This document shows positions 19,374 to 26,384 of a stretch of 32,000 nt of DNA, piece after piece (the stretch's first letter is position 1; each line of letters starts with the position of its first letter). The DNA is from Alkanindiges illinoisensis DSM 15370 (GTDB taxonomy: Bacteria > Pseudomonadota > Gammaproteobacteria > Pseudomonadales > Moraxellaceae), in contig NZ_JHUX01000003.1 of NCBI RefSeq assembly GCF_000619845.1, positions 490,064 to 522,063 of the forward strand. The letters are read 5' to 3'. Under the pieces are notes generated by a model. It saw nothing but the letters and a program-made list of their open reading frames with translations, made no database searches and was not told the origin of the DNA. The position numbers were made by a program, and so were the translations under genes.

Positions 19374-19886
19374 ATGAGTAATCAGTCTAATAATAGTATG
19401 GGTAACAATATAGGCAACAACGCGCAAGGATATGGCGAACGTCAGGGAACCCAGCAGAATCAGCAAAACCAGAATGACCAGATGAACCAGCAAAACCAAG
19501 CCGGTATGAATAATCAGTCTGGCATGAACAACCAGACCGGCATGAATAATCAGAACCAGCAAAACCAGTCTGATATGAACAACCAAAGTCAGTACAATCA
19601 GCAAACACCCGGCAATGACCAAAGCCAGAATCAACACAATCAGCAGAAGCAAAATCAGAACAACCAGATGAATCAGGCTGGTCAGAATAACCAGATGAAT
19701 CAACAAAACCAGAAAGACCAGAACAATCAGATGAACCAGCAAGGTGGGCAGAGTGGCCAGATGAACTGGCAAGATCAAAACAGTCAGCACAAACCACTTA
19801 ATCAAACTCACCAGTCCAATCAAACTCAGCCAAACCAGCCTCAAAGTACGATTCAGGAAGACCCTAGCAGACAGTCTGATGGCTAA
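19374..19886 (+). CDS. Hypothetical Gln/Asn-rich, Met-punctuated low-complexity protein (170 aa, predicted disordered, prion-like composition)
   Basis: ATG is preceded by AAGGTAGG with a 6-nt spacer, and a stable hairpin lies about 45 nt after the TAA. My hand count is about 53 Q and 42 N of 170 residues, with no Cys, Phe or Val and no signal peptide or TM segment. The coding-strand call rests on composition plausibility, because the opposite strand is also open (see rejected items). Confidence 0.6.
   Translation: MSNQSNNSMGNNIGNNAQGYGERQGTQQNQQNQNDQMNQQNQAGMNNQSGMNNQTGMNNQNQQNQSDMNNQSQYNQQTPGNDQSQNQHNQQKQNQNNQMNQAGQNNQMNQQNQKDQNNQMNQQGGQSGQMNWQDQNSQHKPLNQTHQSNQTQPNQPQSTIQEDPSRQSDG
19503..19556 (+). 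repeat. Three tandem 18-nt units encoding G-M-N-N-Q-(S/T/N) inside the Q/N-rich ORF
   Basis: The units are ggtatgaataatcagtct, ggcatgaacaaccagacc and ggcatgaataatcagaac. The copies differ mostly at synonymous third positions. Further degenerate NQMNQ units occur at about 19660-19740. Confidence 0.8.
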
Positions 19887-19929
19887 GTATTGATTATTTT
19901 TAAGTATTAATTCATGATAATTTTTAACC

Positions 19930-19961
19930 ATAAAGCCACCTTTGTTTAAGGGTGGCTTTAT
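19930..19961. terminator. Stable hairpin downstream of the Q/N-rich ORF (probable terminator with a weak U-tract)
   Basis: TAAAGCCACC (19931-19940) pairs perfectly with GGTGGCTTTA (19951-19960). The stem can be extended to about 14 bp around a GTTT loop. The T-run is only the TTTAT contained in the stem end. Confidence 0.5.
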
Positions 19962-20163
19962 ACATAATTAAAGCACAGGTTTTATTATTTTAATGATAAG
20001 AAAGTTAATAATAAACTATTCTAACTCACTATAAATAGCTGGCTTTAAAGTTATTATTTTACTGATTGATTTAATCATATATAAAGCATTTGAATTATTA
20101 ATTGTATTTCTGGGGAAACAAAGCAAACTTAACCAGATGCACAAGTTTTGAACGGCTTTGGTC

Positions 20164-20191
20164 TTGCATTAGCCCGAATAATCACTATACT
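20164..20191 (+). promoter_or_regulatory. Sigma-70-type promoter of the SRP RNA gene
   Basis: TTGCAT (20164-20169), a 16-nt spacer, then TATACT (20186-20191). This places the start of transcription a few nt upstream of the 4.5S RNA 5' stem. Confidence 0.6.
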
Positions 20192-20202
20192 TGCCCTTGC
20201 AA

Positions 20203-20318
<116 letters not shown>

Positions 20319-20390
20319 ACTGATAAAAATTAATAAACCATAAAAGCCAAAAACCAGACTTTTTTCCTTGTTTGAAATTACCTCAGTCCT

Positions 20391-20888
20391 TTACTCATCG
20401 TCCATACTATTTCTGGTAATGGCCTTAAAACAGATATCCAGATTAAAACCACGGTACTGCAAAAAACGCACCTGACGCGCTTTTTCCTTTTGCTCGATAG
20501 GCAGTTCTTCACCAAATTTACGCATGCGCAGTTCCATAGCCTGTTGCAGCCAGTTGACCTGCTCAATATCTTCCTCAGCCAGCTCGGCCTCAATATGATG
20601 CTTTTTTAATTCCTGCTGGATACGGGCCGGGCCGCGGCCTTTACGCATATTGGCGCGCACCAGCATGCCAGCCATGCGTTCATCACTTTGATAATCGTTG
20701 CCTGTCAGTTCTGCCAGCAATGGCTCAAGCTCTTCAGGGCTGGCACCGTACAGCAGCAATTTGCTTTTGAGTTCCTGCTTGGAGTGCTCACGTTTGGCCA
20801 GCAAGGCAAAGGCAGTACTGCGCAAGCGCTGGCCTTTTAAGCTGCCTGCAGGTTTGGGCAGATCACTATTTTTTTGAAAATTTTTCAT
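20391..20888 (-). CDS. recX: RecA regulator RecX
   Basis: 165 aa with the three-repeat helical RecX pattern (ALLAKREHSKQELKSKLL..., RGPARIQQELKKHHI). It lies immediately downstream of recA on the same strand. Confidence 0.85.
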   Translation of the reverse strand: MKNFQKNSDLPKPAGSLKGQRLRSTAFALLAKREHSKQELKSKLLLYGASPEELEPLLAELTGNDYQSDERMAGMLVRANMRKGRGPARIQQELKKHHIEAELAEEDIEQVNWLQQAMELRMRKFGEELPIEQKEKARQVRFLQYRGFNLDICFKAITRNSMDDE

Positions 20889-20929
20889 GCTCGTACCAGT
20901 AAGAGAAAGAATTTATCTGATTCACCTAT

Positions 20930-20976
20930 AGCCTAAAAACAAAACGCCTTTACAGGATTAACTATAAAGGCGTTTG
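20930..20976 (-). terminator. Rho-independent terminator/attenuator between recA and recX
   Basis: On the minus strand, AAACGCCTTTA pairs with TAAAGGCGTTT (11 bp; plus-strand arms at 20942-20952 and 20965-20975) and is followed by TTTTGTTTTT. Confidence 0.8.
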
Positions 20977-21017
20977 TCTAAACAGTCAGAAAACCATACC
21001 TTTTAAGGCAGGGCGTT

Positions 21018-22073
21018 TTACAAGTCCAGTTCAGCCAGACTTGGTTCACGCTCATCATCGTCTTCCTGTAGCTTGGCCGGATCAACTTTAACCAGCAATT
21101 GATCACGAACCTGTGCATCAATTTCGGCAGCAATGGCCGGGTTTTCTTCAAAATAACGAATCACGTTATTTTTACCCTGACCAATCTTGGCACCCTTATA
21201 GGCATACCAGGCACCGGATTTCTGCACGATTTCCTGATTGGCCGCAAGGTCGACCAGTTCACCCAGACGGTTGGTGCCTTTGCCGTACATGATCTGGAAC
21301 AGCGCTTCACGGAACGGCGGAGCCATTTTGTTTTTCACTACTTTAACGCGAGTTTCAGAACCAGTGATTTCATCACCTTCCTTCACGGCGCCAATGCGGC
21401 GAATATCCAGACGCACAGACGCATAGAATTTCAGGGCATTACCACCAGTGGTGGTTTCCGGGCTACCGAACATTACGCCAATCTTCATACGGATCTGGTT
21501 AATGAAGATCACCATGCAGTTGGAGCGCTTGGCATTACCGGTAATTTTACGCAGTGCCTGACTCATCAGACGGGCTTGCAGACCCATGTGTGAATCACCC
21601 ATTTCGCCTTCAATTTCAGCTTTAGGGGTAAGGGCAGCAACAGAATCCACAACAATCAGGTCAACTGCACCAGAGCGCACCAACATGTCGGCAATTTCCA
21701 GTGCCTGTTCACCATGGTCTGGCTGTGATACCAGCAGGTTATCAATATCAACACCCAGCTTGCGTGCATATTGCGGATCAAGCGCATGCTCGGCATCGAT
21801 AAAGGCTGCTGTACCACCGGCTTTTTGACACTCGGCAATCACTTGCAGGGTCATGGTGGTTTTACCGGAAGATTCCGGGCCATAGATTTCGATAATACGG
21901 CCTTTTGGCAGACCGCCAATACCGAGCGCAATATCCAGACTCAAAGAACCAGTCGATACGGCCTCAATGGCTTGTACGGTGTTGTCGCCCAAGCGCATAA
22001 CGGTATTCTTACCGAATTGTTTTTCAATTTGACTTAAAGCTGCACTTAATGCCTTGCTTTTATTCTCATCCAT
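21018..22073 (-). CDS. recA: Recombinase RecA
   Basis: [30 protein letters not shown]..., Walker [10 protein letters not shown], and near-identity over long stretches to Acinetobacter RecA as I remember it. Confidence 0.97.
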   Translation of the reverse strand: MDENKSKALSAALSQIEKQFGKNTVMRLGDNTVQAIEAVSTGSLSLDIALGIGGLPKGRIIEIYGPESSGKTTMTLQVIAECQKAGGTAAFIDAEHALDPQYARKLGVDIDNLLVSQPDHGEQALEIADMLVRSGAVDLIVVDSVAALTPKAEIEGEMGDSHMGLQARLMSQALRKITGNAKRSNCMVIFINQIRMKIGVMFGSPETTTGGNALKFYASVRLDIRRIGAVKEGDEITGSETRVKVVKNKMAPPFREALFQIMYGKGTNRLGELVDLAANQEIVQKSGAWYAYKGAKIGQGKNNVIRYFEENPAIAAEIDAQVRDQLLVKVDPAKLQEDDDEREPSLAELDL

Positions 22074-22253
22074 CTCATAAACCTCATTAACTGTATCGCG
22101 TTTATACGCTGATTGCTTTCAAAACTAAAGTGGATGCCTTGGGTCGACTACATCTGATTTGCAACTTGGGCAAGCACATCATGCCAAAAAACAGGGTAGG
22201 TGAACAGGGGGAAAACAAGTAAAACGACATAGCTTGTCGTGGACTAAAGGCTA

Positions 22254-22727
22254 TTAATAGCCTTCATCATCAGTACTGTAAGTAATTGAATTTTCATGCT
22301 TAAATTGATTGATATGACGACGGTCACGCTTGCTTGGACGATGGTCTGGACGTGCCAGATTGGCCAGTTTGCGCTGGCTGCTATAAAACTCGCGCTTGGC
22401 AATACTGTGTGGCGTTTCTTCGTATAAAAGCTGTGCCTGAGGCGCACCGCCACGCACTTCCGACAAGGCCTTGATCACCACAGTTTTCTCATCAAATCCC
22501 TGCCGGATGGTCAGCTCCATGCCAATGCGGACTTCTTTACTGACCTTGACGCGGTCACCGTCATAATGCACTTTGCCGCCTTCAATGGCTTCCTTGGCAA
22601 TGCTACGGGTTTTAAAAAAACGGGCGGCCCACAGCCATTTGTCAATGCGCATGCTTTGCAGTGCGTTCGGGGATAATTGAGCATCTGAGCGCTGAGTGTC
22701 CAGCGTTTGGTTTTTTTTCATTAACAT
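22254..22727 (-). CDS. hslR: Ribosome-associated heat shock protein Hsp15 (S4-domain RNA-binding protein)
   Basis: [32 protein letters not shown] matches E. coli HslR ([31 protein letters not shown]). The start is ambiguous between TTG 22751 (abutting the yrfG stop), ATG 22727 and ATG 22721. Confidence 0.82.
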   Translation of the reverse strand: [157 protein letters not shown]

Positions 22728-22751
22728 TCCATTAGACCTGTTAGGGGTCAA

Positions 22752-23438
22752 TCATTCCTCAACCTGAATGGATAATAAGCTGCTGCTTAGTTCATTTAAT
22801 TGGTCTATTGCCGGAAATTTCAACTGCTGACGTGCCGGTAATTTACTATCTGGTTGCACAATGCCATAAACATGTTGAATGCCATAATGTTGCGCAGCCT
22901 GTAATACTGGTTCACTATCATCCACGAAAATTGTTCTTTTTTTATCAAAAGGATACTGGGCTGCCAGCTTATGCCAGAATAATTCCTGTTCCTTGGCAAA
23001 ACCTAGGTCATGGCTTGAGATCAGATGATCAAACCAGTGGGCAATTCCGGTTTTTTGCATTTTGACATTGAGCACAATCGGATGTGCATTGGTCACCAGC
23101 CACAGTTTTTTATTGGCCATTTTAAGGTCATGCAGCAACTGTAAGGCATGCGGGCGCAGACAAATATGATCTTGATATTGAATTTTCAGCGTGGTTAGAT
23201 CAAGGTTAAGCGCATTGCTCCAGTAAGGCAGGGAATACCAGTTTAGCGTGCCTTCCTGTGCCTTGAATTGCGGCTTAAGCAATTCCAGCGCATGATCAAA
23301 AGGATGCCGATGCAAGGCTGCCCATGCCTGTGGCACCGCCTGCTGCCAGAACAGATTATCAAACGCCAGATCAAGTAGGGTTCCGTCCATGTCAAACATG
23401 ACGAGATCAATTGCTTGCCAGTTAATGTTCAAAACCAT
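22752..23438 (-). CDS. yrfG: HAD-superfamily GMP/IMP nucleotidase, YrfG-like
   Basis: MVLNINWQAIDLVMFDMDGTLLDLAFDNLFWQQAVPQAW aligns from residue 1 with E. coli YrfG (MHINIAWQDVDTVLLDMDGTLLDLAFDNYFWQK, recalled from memory). The yrfG-hslR order is the same as in E. coli. Confidence 0.78.
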   Translation of the reverse strand: MVLNINWQAIDLVMFDMDGTLLDLAFDNLFWQQAVPQAWAALHRHPFDHALELLKPQFKAQEGTLNWYSLPYWSNALNLDLTTLKIQYQDHICLRPHALQLLHDLKMANKKLWLVTNAHPIVLNVKMQKTGIAHWFDHLISSHDLGFAKEQELFWHKLAAQYPFDKKRTIFVDDSEPVLQAAQHYGIQHVYGIVQPDSKLPARQQLKFPAIDQLNELSSSLLSIQVEE

Positions 23439-23462
23439 TTCCTGTAAATAATGAAGTGAAAA

Positions 23463-24413
23463 ATGATAGAAGATAAACCCATGCCGGATGAGATGCCGAT
23501 TAATGATGCAGTGGTTGAAAGCGCAACAGTTGCAGAATCAACAGTTGAAAGTCCAGCGATTTTAAAGGCGGATCAGTCTATTCAGTTGCTGGTAGAACTG
23601 GTAAAGAGCGTCAATCATCTGTTGTGTGAATTTTATCAGGATTACCAGCAAAACCAAGTATTGCAGATTTCCAGTAAAGCCGATAAGTCACCAGTCACGG
23701 AAGCGGATATGGCCGCGCATCACCTGATTGAGCAGGGCCTAAAAAAGATTAATCCACTAATTCCGGTACTATCTGAAGAATCCTCAGACTATAAGCTGCG
23801 CTTTGACTGGCATGAATTCTGGTTGGTTGATCCATTGGACGGCACGCGTGAGTTTATTAATAAAACCGGTGAATTTACCGTAAATATTGCGCTGATCCAT
23901 CACGGCGTAGTGCAGTTAGCCATTATTGGTATTCCAACTTTAAAGCGCATATATTTAACCCGCAAAAACCAGCCGCTATATCGGATTGATGAAGCTGGGG
24001 ACAGTTTGCTGTGGCAGGAGATTCGACCAAAACCTGTCAATTTAAGCAGTTGGCAGATTGCGATTAGTCGTCGTAGTGAATGGAAAGTGTATCAGCAGTT
24101 TAAGCAAGTGTTGCATGAACGCCAGCAAACCTTTGACTGCAAAAATGCCGGAAGTGCTTACAAGTTTTGCCTGATGCTTGAGGGGGAAATTGATGTGTAT
24201 CCGCGTTTTCACCCCACCAGCGAGTGGGATACTGCGGCAGGGCAAGGCTTGCTGGAAGCCATAGGTGGCGGCGTGTATGACTTGCAGGGACGCCCATTTG
24301 CCTATAACCAGCGCCATGATTTGCTCAATGGGCATTTTATGGCAGTGCGGCAAAATGATTTCCTATCCTCTGCTTTACAGGCCGCTCAGGAAACCCTAAA
24401 AGCGCTGACATAG
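23463..24413 (+). CDS. cysQ: 3'(2'),5'-bisphosphate nucleotidase CysQ
   Basis: SKADKSPVTEADMAAH and WLVDPLDGTREFINKTGEFTVNIALI closely match E. coli CysQ. The ORF carries about 40 extra N-terminal residues, so the true start may be downstream (ATG 23481 or 23493, or TTG 23586). Confidence 0.85.
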   Translation: MIEDKPMPDEMPINDAVVESATVAESTVESPAILKADQSIQLLVELVKSVNHLLCEFYQDYQQNQVLQISSKADKSPVTEADMAAHHLIEQGLKKINPLIPVLSEESSDYKLRFDWHEFWLVDPLDGTREFINKTGEFTVNIALIHHGVVQLAIIGIPTLKRIYLTRKNQPLYRIDEAGDSLLWQEIRPKPVNLSSWQIAISRRSEWKVYQQFKQVLHERQQTFDCKNAGSAYKFCLMLEGEIDVYPRFHPTSEWDTAAGQGLLEAIGGGVYDLQGRPFAYNQRHDLLNGHFMAVRQNDFLSSALQAAQETLKALT

Positions 24414-24475
24414 GCCCAATTTTGTGCCTGACTCGTGATATAGTCAGTGACCAGTTTGCCTGATTTAAAAATGAC

Positions 24476-25225
24476 GTGACCAGTGCTTTAACCCAACATT
24501 TGCCTGCTTCCATGTTTAAGGCCATTGAGCTGCTGCCCAAAGGCAATCAGCCCTTGGTGTTGCTTACACGTCATTCCATTCGCGAGCCTGCTGACAGCAA
24601 TGGCTTTGCCAGCTATCAACTGCCATTAACGCCGGTTGGCCGTAATCTGGCCTTTGAGTGGGGCAGATGGCTGTCAGCAAATACCGATTTGCAAATTGCA
24701 GCCTGTCTGAGCAGTCCCATTCCGCGCTGTGTTGATACCGCAAGCGAAATGCTAAAAGGGGCACAAGCCACTATCGAAACCCCGCTTGATCCACAGCAGG
24801 CAGAAACTTCCCTATTAACGATTAACCAGCATAACCTGTTGGTGGAACCGGGTAGTTTTGTGCTAGATATTGCGCAGGCCGGGCCGCGTTTCAAGCAGTA
24901 TGGGGCATTAAAATTTATTAACTGTTTTTTAAGCAACCAGTTGCCCGGGATGAAAATTCCGGTGCAGGGCGCGCAGGATATTTTGCGCCTACTATTTGAT
25001 CATTTGCCTAGGCAGGATAATCATTTATTGCTGGCGGTAAGCCATGACACTATTCTGGCAGCCCTGTTTGCGGTGATGGCAGGGCAAACCACAATTGAGC
25101 GCAAGGACTGGCCTGACATGATGGAAGGCGCGTTTTTATGGTTTGACGGGGATAGTTTTGAAAGCAGTCGTGTGAACTGGATCTGGCGCGGTCAGCATTA
25201 TCAGTTTAAAGTTCAAAATGTTTAA
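24476..25225 (+). CDS. Histidine phosphatase superfamily protein (phosphoglycerate-mutase-like branch)
   Basis: Contains RHS catalytic motif LLTRHSIRE, LTPVGR, SSPIPRCVDTA and the distal VSHDTILAAL histidine. The start is uncertain: GTG 24476 or ATG 24512, neither with a clear Shine-Dalgarno. Confidence 0.7.
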   Translation: MTSALTQHLPASMFKAIELLPKGNQPLVLLTRHSIREPADSNGFASYQLPLTPVGRNLAFEWGRWLSANTDLQIAACLSSPIPRCVDTASEMLKGAQATIETPLDPQQAETSLLTINQHNLLVEPGSFVLDIAQAGPRFKQYGALKFINCFLSNQLPGMKIPVQGAQDILRLLFDHLPRQDNHLLLAVSHDTILAALFAVMAGQTTIERKDWPDMMEGAFLWFDGDSFESSRVNWIWRGQHYQFKVQNV

Positions 25226-25239
25226 GGTAGGCCATAAAA

Positions 25240-25653
25240 ATGTACTTATACAGACCAGTTGGATTATTTGAATATCAAATAATTAAAGAAAGCGGCTTTA
25301 AAAAATTTCCACCCAGATTATATTGGCAACCTATTTTTTATCCGGTATTAACACAGCAATATGCTGAAAAAATTGCCAAAGAGTGGAACACGTAGGATCA
25401 AGGTGGTGGTTATGTAGGCTATGTAACTCGCTTTAAAATGCCGGATGCCTATTTAAGCCAATTTGAAGTCAAAGTGGTTGGCGATTCTTTTTGTCAAGAG
25501 TTATGGATACCTGCTGCTGAGCTGGAAAACTTTAACTCACAGATTCAGGATAATATAGAAATCATTAATGTATTTAAAGGCGAGAAATTTCGGGAAGACG
25601 CGCAAATACCGGATTATATGCATAAAAATGACAGTGGTGTTTCGGAGTGGTAG
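25240..25653 (+). pseudogene. Conserved small cytoplasmic protein (about 137 codons) interrupted by one in-frame TAG at 25393-25395
   Basis: AAGGTAGG Shine-Dalgarno, then ATG 25240 just 14 nt after the upstream stop. Fifty-one codons (MYLYRPVGLFEYQIIKESGFKKFPPRLYWQPIFYPVLTQQYAEKIAKEWNT) are followed by TAG. The same frame then continues DQGGGYVGYVTRFKMPDAYLSQFEVKVVG... to the stop at 25653. The ORF track shows only the 71-aa tail. Confidence 0.65.
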
Positions 25654-25705
25654 CGATGGTGATTTGTAGCGTTTAAAGATTTGCGTTAACCCAACTGCCA
25701 TCCGC

Positions 25706-26281
25706 TTACTTCAGCATGGTTTTGTCAAAATCGTAATCAAAATAGTTGTTAGAATGGTCATCAGATTGCTGAATGGACAAATCCGGCCTCCGGTCATCGT
25801 TAGCCATATCAGTGTCATCCTCTACATTAATTCTTAAGGTCTCAAAACGAACGCGACCATGCTTGATAGCCTCAGCAATGGCAAGCTGGCCTTGACTTAA
25901 GCGTGCCTGCCCACTTTTAATATCCATTAAAATGACTTCAATGGCGTCGCTGGGCAAGTTACCGTCACGCCAGTCGGTATAGCCATCAAAAATTACGTAA
26001 TCGACTGGATCACCCAGAAACTTGGCATCAGAAGGCAGGTATTCAAATTCGGGTAACAATGGAGCAAATTGTTCGGCGACGCGGCCTTTGATCGTTGCGC
26101 GGCTGGTGTTCAGGCTTTTTTTAACTGCCCGCTGGATTTCCTCCTGATGGGCTAACTGAAGCTGCTGGATTTTCTGCTCATATTCGGCTACTACACTGCT
26201 ATTACGACTATTGGACAGCATAAAGTAGGTGAGCAGGCCACCAATCACAATACCCATGAAAATCGCTACTGCAATCGCCAT
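25706..26281 (-). CDS. Membrane-anchored protein with a Holliday-junction-resolvase-like (PD-(D/E)xK, COG4741/Endonuc_Holl-type) domain
   Basis: N-terminal TM helix MAIAVAIFMGIVIGGLLTYFML, a coiled coil (AEYEQKIQQLQLAHQEEIQ), then IKGRVAEQFAPLLPEFEYLPSDAKFLGDPVDYVIFDG...VILMDIKSGQARLSQGQ...AIKHGRVRFETLRI. This fits my memory of the COG4741 family and contains a D...D-I-K nuclease-like motif. The C-terminal tail is acidic. Confidence 0.7.
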   Translation of the reverse strand: MAIAVAIFMGIVIGGLLTYFMLSNSRNSSVVAEYEQKIQQLQLAHQEEIQRAVKKSLNTSRATIKGRVAEQFAPLLPEFEYLPSDAKFLGDPVDYVIFDGYTDWRDGNLPSDAIEVILMDIKSGQARLSQGQLAIAEAIKHGRVRFETLRINVEDDTDMANDDRRPDLSIQQSDDHSNNYFDYDFDKTMLK

Positions 26282-26295
26282 AAATACCTAAATGA

Positions 26296-26330
26296 AATAA
26301 AAAGGGCATTATAGCAAACCATAATACCCT
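26296..26330 (-). terminator. Rho-independent terminator after the acyl-CoA dehydrogenase gene
   Basis: On the minus strand, GGGTATTAT pairs with ATAATGCCC (9 bp including one G-U; plus-strand arms at 26321-26329 and 26304-12), with an 8-nt loop and then TTTTTATTT. Confidence 0.7.
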
Positions 26331-26384
26331 GATAGATACAAACACCTTGAATAACAGTCAGACCAAATGGCTGTGCGCTTAAAA

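Noticed and set aside
19242-19931. A 229-aa antisense ORF, longer than the Q/N-rich ORF it overlaps. Its own ATG lies in the hairpin stem, with an AAAGGTGG Shine-Dalgarno-like sequence 4 nt upstream. A second antisense ORF spans 19387-19797.
   Set aside because: Its product is an almost uninterrupted run of Leu/Val/Ile/His with no loops or charge pattern of a real membrane protein. This is exactly what the reverse complement of CAG/AAC/AAT/ATG codon repeats yields (CTG/GTT/ATT/CAT). I treat it as a shadow ORF, but the strand assignment of this locus should be confirmed experimentally.
22090-22110. CTGTATCGCGTTTATACGCTG upstream of recA looked like a possible LexA SOS box (CTGT-N8-ACAG).
   Set aside because: The right half does not give ACAG at the required spacing, and the sequence is not palindromic. 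This is consistent with the lack of a canonical LexA system in Acinetobacter-type bacteria.
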